A stretch of DNA of 60,810 nucleotides, counting the filler. It is 3 parts of 3 records of this genome, joined end to end, with 100 filler letters (N's around TTAATTAATTAA, not from the genome) between each part and the next. Parts side by side here need not be neighbours in the genome. Positions count along the whole stretch, not along the records: positions 26,563 to 52,376 come from SRR22947727_1397; 2 more parts are not named here. One strand, given 5' to 3'. Position 1 is the first letter of the stretch. Each line of letters opens with the position of its first letter. The translations under genes were made by a program, and so were the position numbers. The notes beneath the pieces were generated by a model. That model was not told the origin of the DNA and searched no databases. It worked only from the letters and a program-made list of their open reading frames with translations. Of this stretch, positions 39,842-50,300 are shown piece after piece.

Positions 39842-40089
39842 TGACACAATTTAAAGACGCAGTTGAAAAACAAAAAGGCCTTATAGCTTACCTTAAATGG
39901 TCAAAGCAAATTAAGCATATTCATTACAATAATGGGATTGAAGAAGTCACGTACAGAGACGGCAGTAAAGAAATGACCGATCTGAGAACAGAAGAAGTAA
40001 CTTACATCCCAAGAGTAAAAAGAAGAAAAAATTTAATTGACTCCAATCCCTTTGTAAGGTTTTTGAGAAAAATTAAATTCTACCAATAA
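39841..40089 (+). CDS. Phage hypothetical protein
   Basis: 82 aa; AAGGAG RBS. Confidence 0.7.
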   Translation: MTQFKDAVEKQKGLIAYLKWSKQIKHIHYNNGIEEVTYRDGSKEMTDLRTEEVTYIPRVKRRKNLIDSNPFVRFLRKIKFYQ

Positions 40090-40090
40090 G

Positions 40091-40119
40091 TTGATAAATA
40101 CGACATATACGGATATTAT
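40091..40119 (+). promoter_or_regulatory. Sigma70 promoter not followed by a + strand ORF
   Basis: TTGATA-17 nt-TATTAT. Confidence 0.7.
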
Positions 40120-40124
40120 GCCTA

Positions 40125-40217
40125 GGTGGTACTTGTTTGATTTGATTTCAAATCTTCTCTACTCTCCTAAAAGTATGTGTCTTACGAGTGCCACAACCTC
40201 ATGACTTTTTTATTTTG
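40125..40217 (+). ncRNA. Candidate small RNA with anti-Shine-Dalgarno loop
   Basis: Own promoter; 11-bp stem 40126-40136/40184-40194 with two G-U pairs; loop TACTCTCCTAAAAGTATGT; T-rich 3' tail. Confidence 0.55.
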
Positions 40218-40261
40218 GATAGCCGTCTTTTTGTATGTTCTTATCTATGTACTAGACAGAC

Positions 40262-40900
40262 CTAATCAGAAATAACCCCATTACTTAAATCTTTAGGGCT
40301 TGCCGTCTGCAAGTCCTCGCTCTCTAATTCCTCTAAAGTATCTGCTTCATCTACCTGATCTATTGAACCATCAGGATCTCCTGGATCCAAAAGACCGTCA
40401 GTTGTATTGGCTAGGGCTATATTCCCCATCAGCTGCTCCAGGCGTTTCTCTACTTCTTCCCGACTCATTTGATCTATCTTCCCGAACATAACTTCTTTCC
40501 TATCAACAACCAGGCCCCCGACTTTAAGTAAACTGTTTTGAGCTGAGATGGCTGCGTTGAAAGATCCGGCCTCCAAAGCCTTGTCCCGAATGTCGTACAG
40601 ATCTTGAACTGCCCGATCATAATTAAGCTCATACTTCTTCTTAGCTTCATTCATCAGATAGTTATATTCCTTGCGAATGATAGGATGATTCATCAGTTTA
40701 TTGGCAGACTGCCTAGCATCTTTGTACCCAGCTTTGTGAGCGCACTCCACAAGAGAAAGCCGAGGATTATTAACGGCTTGCCATATAAAGTTTCGTTGTC
40801 TGCGATTAAGGGAGTTGTCTAGGTTAGCGTATTCAATGGGAGCTTCTTCTTCTGGAGCTAAGATGGGTTCATATTCAAGTTTGTTTTTTCTATATCCCAT
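40262..40900 (-). CDS. terS: Terminase small subunit
   Basis: LNRRQRNF...ECAHKAGYKDARQSANKLMNHPII HTH pattern; AAISAQNSLLKVGGL helix. Confidence 0.8.
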   Translation of the reverse strand: MGYRKNKLEYEPILAPEEEAPIEYANLDNSLNRRQRNFIWQAVNNPRLSLVECAHKAGYKDARQSANKLMNHPIIRKEYNYLMNEAKKKYELNYDRAVQDLYDIRDKALEAGSFNAAISAQNSLLKVGGLVVDRKEVMFGKIDQMSREEVEKRLEQLMGNIALANTTDGLLDPGDPDGSIDQVDEADTLEELESEDLQTASPKDLSNGVISD

Positions 40901-41137
40901 ATGTATTTAGCAGTTTAGAGTCAAAGTAGTTAAATATACCTACCCCCACATTACCCTAAAGTGTATGGAGAGGATACCTTAATACAATTTATGCCGTCAA
41001 GGTATTTGTTATATTTTTATACTGTTTTCCCTTTGTTCTTGTGACAAAAATGAAAAAAATAAAATAATCATGAAACCTGCTTAGTTAAAGGGTTTTTTAC
41101 CGTCATATATCCATGACAATAATAAGACAATAATGAT

Positions 41138-41446
41138 TTAGTCATCATCTGGCCCCAGTTTTGGAGTTAATGTCTCAAATAAATGATAGTTATGAAATGT
41201 ACTTTTGTTCTTATCCACCTGGACATATTGATCAAGGATCTCGTTCACAAAATGATACACTTCTTCATCATTATTCGTTATCTTTTGTATTTTCCAAATA
41301 CAGTAACTTAAAGTAGTTAAAACAACCGTAAACTCATCTTCATTTCTTAAAGTATAACTATTGAATAGCTTACTTAACCTTTCCACCATTTCTTTTAAAG
41401 TGGGTTTAGGCATTTTACTTTGTATTGGAACTACTTTTAGCGTCAT
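41138..41446 (-). CDS. Phage hypothetical protein
   Basis: 102-aa ORF. Confidence 0.65.
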   Translation of the reverse strand: MTLKVVPIQSKMPKPTLKEMVERLSKLFNSYTLRNEDEFTVVLTTLSYCIWKIQKITNNDEEVYHFVNEILDQYVQVDKNKSTFHNYHLFETLTPKLGPDDD

Positions 41447-41453
41447 AAATAAA

Positions 41454-41672
41454 CTATACCTTAGTTTTACTTCTTACTTCCATAAATTCATCCAGTATTT
41501 TTTTAGTCTTACCGTACATCTCATGAATAATCATAGAGTAACTATCAGCTTGTATTGGCGTATGATTGTCTGCCGCGTTAGATTCATGTTCAATGCAATA
41601 GTCTAAACGGTCATTCATTTCTTTAAGTGACTTCATTACTTCTATTATGTACTTATCTTCTTCTTTACTCAT
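41454..41672 (-). CDS. Phage hypothetical protein
   Basis: 72 aa; AGGAGG RBS. Confidence 0.7.
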   Translation of the reverse strand: MSKEEDKYIIEVMKSLKEMNDRLDYCIEHESNAADNHTPIQADSYSMIIHEMYGKTKKILDEFMEVRSKTKV

Positions 41673-41697
41673 ATGTAACCTCCTAAATTACTAAGTG

Positions 41698-41726
41698 TAG
41701 ACATTATAAACTTTTTTGTTTAAAAT
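41698..41726 (+). promoter_or_regulatory. Promoter for the exonuclease operon
   Basis: TAGACA-17 nt-TAAAAT. Confidence 0.6.
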
Positions 41727-41768
41727 ACAATTCACATACATTATTAATTAATACTTTAGGAGAGTACT

Positions 41769-41960
41769 ATGAATATAACAAAAGAACTGGATGCTATTAT
41801 TGAGACATCCACCAACAACTTGCATGATCGTATAGAACGAGAGCTTACAAAAGATAAACTAAACTATGCTCTGTTTAACATTAAAACGAGCATATCTGAG
41901 CTAACACAATGCGTCAAAGAACTTACTGATGCAGTTGATAGATTAGAGGAGGCATCATGA
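41769..41960 (+). CDS. Small coiled-coil phage protein
   Basis: 63 aa; TTAGGAGAG RBS. Confidence 0.75.
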   Translation: MNITKELDAIIETSTNNLHDRIERELTKDKLNYALFNIKTSISELTQCVKELTDAVDRLEEAS

Positions 41961-42832
41961 ACGAACTACCAGAAATATTAGAGAACCAAGAACATGTAGT
42001 CTTAGGAGACGCAATTTACTTTCCAGATATGGAGCATAATTTTTATCATGAAGCTCCAGGCATATCATCATCAAACATTAGACGATTTGGCCAGAGTCAA
42101 CTTCATGCATTTGAAGAAGATAACGAGACAACACCAGCCATGAAGCTTGGGACCGCAGCTCATTCACTTATTGTTGAAGGAGAAGAGGCATTTGTTAATG
42201 ATGTAGTTTGCCTAAGTGGATCTCCATACACTAACGCCAATAAAGAGCTAAAGAAAGAGTATGAAGATAGAGGGCTAACCGTTATCTCAGCTAAAGACAA
42301 AGAAACGCTTTACAACATGAAAGAAGCTTTGATACCGGAAGGAGTCAAACATCTTTCAGCAGTACGGGGCGAATACCCAGAAGTATTTAACTCTCCGTTT
42401 GAAAGAGCGATCTTCTGGTGGGAAAAGGATCTATTACTGAAAGTTAAATCTGATGTGCTTAGATACCCTTTAGATACTTCTAGCGATCCAAAATCAATTA
42501 TCCTGGTGGATTATAAGACTACTGCCGACTGTTCTGTTAGAGGCTTTACATCTTCCATTAGAAAGTACCAATACGAACTACAGGCCGCTTGGTACAAACG
42601 TGGATACGAAAAGGCTGGGTTTAACGTGGTTGATTTTATGTTTGTAGCACAAGAAAAGAAAAAACCATTTGCAAGTAAGATCTTCAAGATGAAGCATGAG
42701 GACATGACATCTGGTTGGTTAAAGCTTGAGCATTTACTGGGCGAATACAACGCAGTATTAAACGGTAAGGAAGCCACAACATACAACTCACCTAATATAG
42801 TTAATGTAGATCTGAAAGGATGGGGAGAATAA
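41957..42832 (+). CDS. RecE/exonuclease VIII-like PD-(D/E)XK nuclease (DUF3799 type)
   Basis: YH...GISSS, GTAAH, FE, KVKSD, VDYKTT, YELQAAWY motifs. Confidence 0.88.
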   Translation: MNELPEILENQEHVVLGDAIYFPDMEHNFYHEAPGISSSNIRRFGQSQLHAFEEDNETTPAMKLGTAAHSLIVEGEEAFVNDVVCLSGSPYTNANKELKKEYEDRGLTVISAKDKETLYNMKEALIPEGVKHLSAVRGEYPEVFNSPFERAIFWWEKDLLLKVKSDVLRYPLDTSSDPKSIILVDYKTTADCSVRGFTSSIRKYQYELQAAWYKRGYEKAGFNVVDFMFVAQEKKKPFASKIFKMKHEDMTSGWLKLEHLLGEYNAVLNGKEATTYNSPNIVNVDLKGWGE

Positions 42833-42834
42833 TA

Positions 42835-43062
42835 GTGAGCAAAGATAAAGCTGTTCATCAACCGCCACACTACATTCAGGGCGAGATAGAATATATTGAT
42901 GCTATGAGATCTATGCTTACGGCAGATGAGTTTAAAGGTTTCTGTAAGGCAAATGCTGTTAAGTATATTTGGAGAGAAGATCTAAAAGGATCTAACATCC
43001 AGGATCTAGAGAAGGCCGTTGTTTATCTTAACTGGGCTATAGAACGTCTAAAGAATATGTAA
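42835..43062 (+). CDS. DUF3310 family protein
   Basis: VHQPPHY..G.IE.ID, GFCKANAVKYIWR, QDLEKA. Confidence 0.85.
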   Translation: MSKDKAVHQPPHYIQGEIEYIDAMRSMLTADEFKGFCKANAVKYIWREDLKGSNIQDLEKAVVYLNWAIERLKNM

Positions 43063-43076
43063 ATAAAACCAGGATA

Positions 43077-43103
43077 AAAAAAAGGGGCATAAAGCCCCTT
43101 TTT
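43077..43103. terminator. Bidirectional intrinsic terminator
   Basis: A7-GGGGC-ATAAA-GCCCC-T5 between convergent operons. Confidence 0.85.
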
Positions 43104-43164
43104 CTTTTCAAGTTGAGCGAATACGAGCAGGAGACGAGGACTCTACTCGTATTCTAAACTTCAC

Positions 43165-43623
43165 TTAAAACGGAGGTTTATCTCCTGCTGGTGAAGGTTT
43201 CATTTCTGAAGGTTCCATCTTTATGATTTTAGTTTTCAAAGAAGTAACATCTTCTCCCTGGTCATTCTTCCAGTTATCTTCAAACTGTCTGATACCAAGT
43301 ATAAGTTGTTTACCAATTAAATCCTTACCAAATTCCGGAAGCTTTTTAAATCCACAAGTAATAGCAAGGCGACTAAATATCTCACTCGCTATTCTTTTAG
43401 ATTTTTCATTAGCAGACCATAAGTTGTACCATTCATTATGATCGCGGTATGCACCACCATCAATTTGAAAAGTAACTTTCTGGGTCCAATTACCGCTGTT
43501 AGATTTGTATTTTTCAGCAGCAATAATCTTTGCTTCGTATTCTCCAGTTGCAGCAACTTCGGGACCCGTAGATTCCATTTGCTCCGCATTCTCGAAAAAA
43601 TCAACATCATTAAAATCTGACAT
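43165..43623 (-). CDS. DUF669-like single-stranded DNA-binding protein
   Basis: GEYEAKIIAAE..KSNSGN motif, C-terminal PPF; follows Sak4-like ATPase. Confidence 0.75.
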   Translation of the reverse strand: MSDFNDVDFFENAEQMESTGPEVAATGEYEAKIIAAEKYKSNSGNWTQKVTFQIDGGAYRDHNEWYNLWSANEKSKRIASEIFSRLAITCGFKKLPEFGKDLIGKQLILGIRQFEDNWKNDQGEDVTSLKTKIIKMEPSEMKPSPAGDKPPF

Positions 43624-44342
43624 TATGCACTCTCCTTATTTTCAATATTAATAGAAAACCCTAACTTTTCAATTAGAGCAGTTAATTTAGGTTCCTCAAA
43701 GGCTTCTAGCTTACCGCTACGATCTTTGGCTGTGTAGCCTTGACCTATCCTTGTTTGTAACCACCTTTCCGCTACAGCATTACCGTCATCATCTTGACCG
43801 TCAATAATACGTAGGGCCAAAACCTCGTCAAAGAAATACGTAATTGCATCTCCTAGAGGTTTACTTGCCATTTTAGGACCAAAGAAAAACACGCCGTCAT
43901 TATTATCTTTACCTTCTTTGCAAAGAAATAATACGTGCATATCTAAATCCCTAAATGATCTCATAAGACTTGTAACGGCTTCACTCACATTCTGGTAAGC
44001 CATTCTTCCGTCTTTATTTCTGCTTTTCTCATGCACCAGTAAGATCTCTGAGATCTCTGAAACAGAGTCTAAACACACGCTATCATAGGATAGTTCACCA
44101 GATGCTAGAGCGGCATACACCTCTCTTAGATCATCATAATTCTTTACCTCGATAGCAGACACGTTAGACGCATCTTTAATAGAAAGCAATCCAGCTTCTG
44201 CACTTATGACTAAAACTTTACCTGGCATACTTTGTGTTGCGTATGTTTTTCCAGATCCAGCTTGACCATAAATCAATAGCTTGGCTCCCTGTTGATCCAC
44301 CATTTTATCTGGTGTCTTTATTTTATCTTTTAATTTGCTCAT
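43623..44342 (-). CDS. Sak4-like AAA_24 ATPase (annealing/recombination)
   Basis: LLIYGQAGSGKT Walker A, VCLDSVSE Walker B, AKDRSGKL; start MSKLKD. Confidence 0.88.
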   Translation of the reverse strand: MSKLKDKIKTPDKMVDQQGAKLLIYGQAGSGKTYATQSMPGKVLVISAEAGLLSIKDASNVSAIEVKNYDDLREVYAALASGELSYDSVCLDSVSEISEILLVHEKSRNKDGRMAYQNVSEAVTSLMRSFRDLDMHVLFLCKEGKDNNDGVFFFGPKMASKPLGDAITYFFDEVLALRIIDGQDDDGNAVAERWLQTRIGQGYTAKDRSGKLEAFEEPKLTALIEKLGFSINIENKESA

Positions 44343-44375
44343 AACCACCCTCCTTATGTATGTGAAAAAATGAAC

Positions 44376-44411
44376 TTGATTATTATAACTCAAGAAACTA
44401 CAATATGTAAA
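44376..44411. promoter_or_regulatory. Overlapping divergent sigma70 promoters
   Basis: + strand TTGATT-17-TACAAT; - strand TTTACA-18-TATAAT. Confidence 0.6.
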
Positions 44412-44427
44412 TCATATTATTTAGGAG

Positions 44428-44775
44428 ATGTATATGAAAAAACAAAATGATAAAACTTGGTTAGCAAATTATTATTTCAGGACCAAGACTATTGCAACAA
44501 AAAAATTAAAGGAGCTGAACACTATGGGCGTACAACCTAACCATAAAGAAAGAAAAATAGATCACTACACATTACCTGTTTACATTAAATTTTTAGGATA
44601 TAAAAAAGCCGCAGAGGATTTTAAATGTTCAGAAGCTACTTGTAAGTCTTGGAGATATGGATATAGGCAACCGTCTATAGCGCAAGCGAAACAAATTATA
44701 AAGGCAACAGAAGGGAGATTAGATTTTGAATCTATATACGGCTTAATATCTGATATTTTAGAAGAACAGGAATAG
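44428..44775 (+). CDS. Cro-like HTH DNA-binding protein
   Basis: GYKKAAEDFKCSEATCKSWRYGYRQPS HTH pattern; start may be 44524. Confidence 0.7.
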   Translation: MYMKKQNDKTWLANYYFRTKTIATKKLKELNTMGVQPNHKERKIDHYTLPVYIKFLGYKKAAEDFKCSEATCKSWRYGYRQPSIAQAKQIIKATEGRLDFESIYGLISDILEEQE

Positions 44776-44776
44776 C

Positions 44777-46897
44777 ATGTTCCAGCTCAATATTACCGAG
44801 GATGACTCGTCCTTGGATATTGCTCTGGCTTATTATGATGATGGATATAATGTAGTACCGTTACAAAGATCAAATAAGAAACCACCACCATTTTTAAAAG
44901 GCTGGCAACAATATAAGGAAACAAGACCTGAAAGGGATCTTGTAGAGTCTTGGTTTAAAGATAGGGACAACCTAGTAGTAGCATTAGTTTGCGGCAAATT
45001 TGTTGTAGTTGACGCAGATTCTCCTGAAGCTATGGATTGGGTAGAAAAGAACTTACCTGCATGTCCATACAAAGTGATTACGGGTAAAGGTATGCATTAC
45101 TATTATAACAACCCAGAAAACTACACCACGTTTGCTACAAGGCGAACTAACACAACTCCTATAGAAAGATTAATAGATATCAGAGGTGTAGGTGGTCTTA
45201 TTATTGCACCATACAATCGCCATGCTAACGGTCAAGTGTATAGGCCTGTCATGATCCCAGATTGGAAAATTCACGACTATTCAGATTTACCAGACTTTAC
45301 TGAGAAAGAATACTTACAGATAACAGGCGTACCTAAGATTGAAAGTAGTAAACAAACAGCTCCTTTTTCTTTAGATGGAGTACTGGAAGGATCTAGAAAT
45401 GATGGAGCAGCAAGGATAACAGGATATTTAATATCTAAGAATGTAAATTTAGAATTTGTAAGAGTGTTTTTGCAAAACTGGAACAAGAACAACAACCCAC
45501 CATTACCACAACAAGAAATTGATTCTGTTGTAGATAATGTAAAAAAAACACATGACCGCAAGAATCAAATAGCTCCATTATTTACACAATCAACTGAAAA
45601 CATTAAACGTCCAGAAGATCTATTTTCACCACCAGGTCTACTACAGAATATGTTTGATTTTTGTGAAGATATAGCGCAAGTGCCACAACCAGAACTATCT
45701 CTTGTTGGTGCTTTAGCATTAGCAAGTGTTACTTGTGGACGTCTATACAGAACTAACATGAATAACTTTTCCAGTATGTACTTTATGGGTGTTGCTAAAT
45801 CAGGACAAGGAAAGGAAAACATAAAAACATTTATTGAATCTGTACTGAATGCTTCAGATCAAGAAAAGCTTGTAGTTGGTGATGGATATACATCAAGCGG
45901 AGCCGTACATTCCGTTTTAAAGATAAGACCTACTCAAATAACGATAATGGACGAGTTTGGTAAACGATTAGAGGCTATCAGTAACGCGGGCAACACTAAC
46001 AAAGAAGATGGCATACAAACGCTTATGGAGGCCTGGGGGAGATGCCATGGAACTCTACGACCAGATAACTACTCTTTAATGGCAGTACAAGAAGAATTTA
46101 AAGAGAAAATGATGAACAGAGTCACATACAAGCCTGCCATTACATTAGTTGGATTATCTGTACCTAAAAACTTTTATGGAGCTTTAAATAGCGGAAGAAT
46201 AGCAGACGGTTTTCTTAACCGTTTCGTTGTAGTGGAATCTAACGAACCAAGAAGAGTTGGAGCATTAAAAAGATACACAGAGCCGCCTACAAATATAGTT
46301 AACTGGGTCAACTATGTGCGTAGATTGAAAGGCACTTTATCTGATGCATCAAGGAACAACGCAGAGTTAGACATAAATCAAACCGTATTAGAGTTTGATA
46401 GGCAATCAGAAGAACTACTGCAAGACTTTGCTAGAGAGATTATTAAACGACAAGACGTGCTTGAAAAAGATAATTTAGAACCATTACTTAGTAGATCTAA
46501 AGAGAAAGCCATGAGGTTAGCTTTGCTTTGCACTTTAGCTTCTAGTGCTGATTCAAAGAAAATAACCGCAGACGTAACTAAATGGGCTATAGATTACATT
46601 AGATACTACGATCTTATGTTTATAGAAGCTTGCAGAGATAAGGTGGCCAGCTCTGCAACAGAGTCTAAGATTAAGCAAGTATTGTCATACATCAGATCTA
46701 GGAATGGGGAGGGCATATCTAAGAGAGAGGTTGATAGGCACGAATTGTTTAGGAGCATGAAGTCTTATGAAGTAAAAGAGATTATAGAACGGCTAAAGAA
46801 CGCTGGGGAAATCCAGGAGATAGAAATAAAAGTTGGAGGTAAAGGTAGACCAACTAAAAGATTGGTTGCTGTAGATTCTAACTTCTTTGAGGAATGA
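44777..46897 (+). CDS. Bifunctional DNA primase/polymerase with PriCT and C-terminal ATPase/helicase (DUF3987-like) domains
   Basis: VVVDAD, TGKGMHYYY, DIRGVGG; EGSRND...WN...PPL; AKSGQGKE, IMDEFG, DGFLNRF. Confidence 0.9.
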   Translation: MFQLNITEDDSSLDIALAYYDDGYNVVPLQRSNKKPPPFLKGWQQYKETRPERDLVESWFKDRDNLVVALVCGKFVVVDADSPEAMDWVEKNLPACPYKVITGKGMHYYYNNPENYTTFATRRTNTTPIERLIDIRGVGGLIIAPYNRHANGQVYRPVMIPDWKIHDYSDLPDFTEKEYLQITGVPKIESSKQTAPFSLDGVLEGSRNDGAARITGYLISKNVNLEFVRVFLQNWNKNNNPPLPQQEIDSVVDNVKKTHDRKNQIAPLFTQSTENIKRPEDLFSPPGLLQNMFDFCEDIAQVPQPELSLVGALALASVTCGRLYRTNMNNFSSMYFMGVAKSGQGKENIKTFIESVLNASDQEKLVVGDGYTSSGAVHSVLKIRPTQITIMDEFGKRLEAISNAGNTNKEDGIQTLMEAWGRCHGTLRPDNYSLMAVQEEFKEKMMNRVTYKPAITLVGLSVPKNFYGALNSGRIADGFLNRFVVVESNEPRRVGALKRYTEPPTNIVNWVNYVRRLKGTLSDASRNNAELDINQTVLEFDRQSEELLQDFAREIIKRQDVLEKDNLEPLLSRSKEKAMRLALLCTLASSADSKKITADVTKWAIDYIRYYDLMFIEACRDKVASSATESKIKQVLSYIRSRNGEGISKREVDRHELFRSMKSYEVKEIIERLKNAGEIQEIEIKVGGKGRPTKRLVAVDSNFFEE

Positions 46898-47370
46898 ATA
46901 TGAAGACACCATCATTTGAAACCAGAGACGATCAGAAAAGAGAAGAAAGAGTAGCGGGATTTTTAGAAGGACTTTGGGGCGTAACTTGTCACAAATTACC
47001 AGTCAGTTACTCACTAGATTATTGGATAGAATCAAACGACAAAAATTATTGGTGTGAGGTTAAGTGTCGCACTTTTACTTTTGATAAGTACGACACTTTA
47101 ATTATATCCACAAAGAAATTTAGAAAGGGATCTTCGTTTGCGCTAGCAACCGGAGTACCGTTTATTATTGTTTATGCTATGACAGACGGTTTATACATGC
47201 ATGAATGGAACAAAGACTCTGTTTATGATGTAAGGATGAACGTAAGCGATAACCCTACGTATGATGAAGATAACGAACCTTACATACACATACCGCAAGA
47301 AGATTGGGTATGCTTGTCAGATAAGCCTTTGGGTATGGACCGTAGCGAAATAGGGTTTAGCCAAGTCTAG
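46894..47370 (+). CDS. PD-(D/E)XK family nuclease
   Basis: SLDY...WCEVKCR motif. Confidence 0.7.
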   Translation: MNMKTPSFETRDDQKREERVAGFLEGLWGVTCHKLPVSYSLDYWIESNDKNYWCEVKCRTFTFDKYDTLIISTKKFRKGSSFALATGVPFIIVYAMTDGLYMHEWNKDSVYDVRMNVSDNPTYDEDNEPYIHIPQEDWVCLSDKPLGMDRSEIGFSQV

Positions 47371-50300
47371 AAGGCCTTCCAAACAACTGTTCATCTAAAG
47401 CCAACCTGTCTTGGGATAATGGATCTACGGTTGGCATTTGGGTTGTTGCAACATTTGGTAAAGGAATATTTGCAGTTGGTGCTTGTGTTGTTCTCAAAGC
47501 TTGTTGTGCCTCTTGTTGAAAATCTTCTACATCAGATACAGTATCTTTTATTAAATCTTTAACGGGACTTAACAATTCTTCTATACCTGCCGTATCATAA
47601 GCACCATCCATAATTCCACTTGCAGCCTCGCCAGCTTGTTCAGCTCCCATTCCTAATTGTCTTACTAAAACTTGCCTTAATGATTGCTCAGTCATGTCCA
47701 TTACAGTCATGATAGATCCTTTGTCTGTTTTCGCTATTGCTGCAACAAAACTTGGTGATGCAAACAATCTTCTGGCTACTGCTAATCCTAATACTGAAGG
47801 GAGTACGGCTATTGGATTTAAAGCCAAACTTGCACCAATACCGGCAGCAACTAGACCACCAGTTGCTCCTCCTCTTCCTGCTTCTTGTCTAGTTAAAATA
47901 TCTATTTGTTTTTGGAAGTTTCTTAAACCTTGTGAAAGTTCTTTACCAAACATAGCTTCTAAAGTTTCATCAGTATATGAATCTAAAGATGTTTTTAAAT
48001 TACCTGCTTTAAATAGATCTGTAATTCTTCCCTTGCCATTTAAATCTATAGATTTAGCTAAAAGTTTTTGCATACTGGCCTGTTGTATGGCCGTAAATAT
48101 TTCAGGAGTATCTTTTAAAGTTTCTTTTAAAATTTCTATGTTTTCTTTAGAACGTGGTCTAAATATTATATTAACCGTTTCATCTATACCTTTCAAAGGT
48201 AAATCTGATATGGCTCTGTTAGCTTCAAGTTTTAATCTTTCATCAGATGCCTTGGCTAACTGTTTAAGACCTTGAACAAAAGCAAGGCCTTGATCACTTG
48301 CACTTAAACCTTTTATGTTTGTTGTAAAATCATTAACCAAGTTTTTCATATCTTGAGGTTTTAATCTTGGGCTTATTTTATTAACTTGCTCTATCGTATC
48401 TCTAACAAGTTTAGCCGTATTTTTACCTGTAGCAGAATCAGTAAATAAAGAATCCAACTTGCCTGGATAATCTCTTTCAAATCTTTTAATTTCTTTAGCA
48501 AACGTAGTAAAGTTAATTGATTCATCTACAACATCTGTAGAAGCTCTAAATGCATCAGCAAACAATCTTTTTTTAATTTGTGACTTTAAGGTTCTTTCTG
48601 CTACTGCTTTTGTGGGTTCATTTGCTTTTAGCATATAACCATCATAATCTCTAAGAGCTTTAAATATATCATCTAAATCTCCTTTCTCTCCATTTAGAAT
48701 AACTTTTTTGTAAACTTCATCAGCGTCAAATGCACCTTTTTGTGAATTAGATATTATTTTTTTAATTTGCAATCTATCAAAGGGCGCCATTCTTTGTGCG
48801 GCGATTTTATTAGCTTCTCTTAATTGCTTGATTGCATTATTTACTTCTCTTACTGCTTGACCTTGTAACTCTATAGTCCCATCCCCTAAACCGGCTGATT
48901 TTATATTTTTAGCTAATTGAACGTTAAAGTCCTCAACGCCTTCAATTTCTAACTGACTTAAAATACTGTCTGGCTGACTTCTTCTAATCATTTCGCCATT
49001 TTGATTAACCCTTGAATCATCAAGCTTACGCATAATTTCTATAATTACTTTTCTTTCTGGGCTGGCCTCAAGTGTATCTCTGGAAATAGTATTCAGTTTA
49101 GAGTATGCATTTCTAACATGCGAAAGATTTACAGGAATTGAGTCATCTGCGGCAGCCTTTCTAAATTTTTCCAAAGCAGCTTCTATTTTGTTAACAATAC
49201 CGCCATCCAATTCGTCTTTATTATTAACACCCCACATAAAATCAGAGTCTTTGTGCCGACCAATAAGTTTTAAAGAATCATCAATATTTTTTGTTATAGT
49301 GTCTCTAATTACCCTATCTAGAGTTTCGGCCTGTAACAGCTCTACTCCTGTTTTACCTTCTGTTGAAGTAAGTTGTCTAAACATATCATCAACACCTCTG
49401 TATTTCTCGCCAAGATCCTTCATAACTTCTGCTCTAGCTCTACCTAGATTTTCTTGAAGTATTTGACCTAAAGCTCCTCTACCTGGTGCATCAGCGTAAT
49501 TACCAACCTCTATTGCATCATCTACCACATCATCTAAGAGCTTACGTAGTTGTTGTGTAACCGTTTGTTCTTTTAATCTAAGGGCCTGCAAGCTTGCTTG
49601 TACTTGCTCATCTAAACTCCCTTTGGTTGCATCAGATATAGACTTTTGCAGTAATGCATTCTCACCACCAATTTCTTTTAGTAAGTTATCTATTTCAACT
49701 CTAAGATAAGCTGCGGTTTCTTTATCTCTTGTATTACCTAATACTTGTTCAGAAATGTCTTGCAACCTACCGGGTAGTTTGGCTCCTAGCGTTGCTTGTG
49801 ATGCTATACCTTTAAAATCAAACTTTGCTACCCTACCATCTCTTACGGCTTTTGCTATTTGTCTTTCTGTTGCCTCTTTACCCAGTTGTGCATCTAACTT
49901 GAGTATGTCTGAAGCAGACCTACCCAAGGCCATTTGTCTGTTTAGTCTTAAATCAGAAGTTGGTGCGTTTCTTCCTAAGAACAATTTATAACCTAAACCA
50001 AAAAGTTCTCCTATACCTTGACCAACAGATCCAAATAAAAACTCACCACCAAACAAATTTTTTAATTCATCTCTTTCCTGTAATTGAAAACCTTCTTGAT
50101 AATCTAAAGCTTCCTCTCCTGCTTTACCTACAGAAGAACCAACTCCAGCAGCAAACATTCTAGCTATACGATCTCTGCCGCCAAATAAAGATGTAAGGCC
50201 TTTTATAATCTTGGCTTGTGGCAGCATAAAGGTTATAGCTCCAGCTATAGGACCAGCCATACCAGCAAAGTCTGATAAGTCTCCTGTTTTTAGACCAAAA

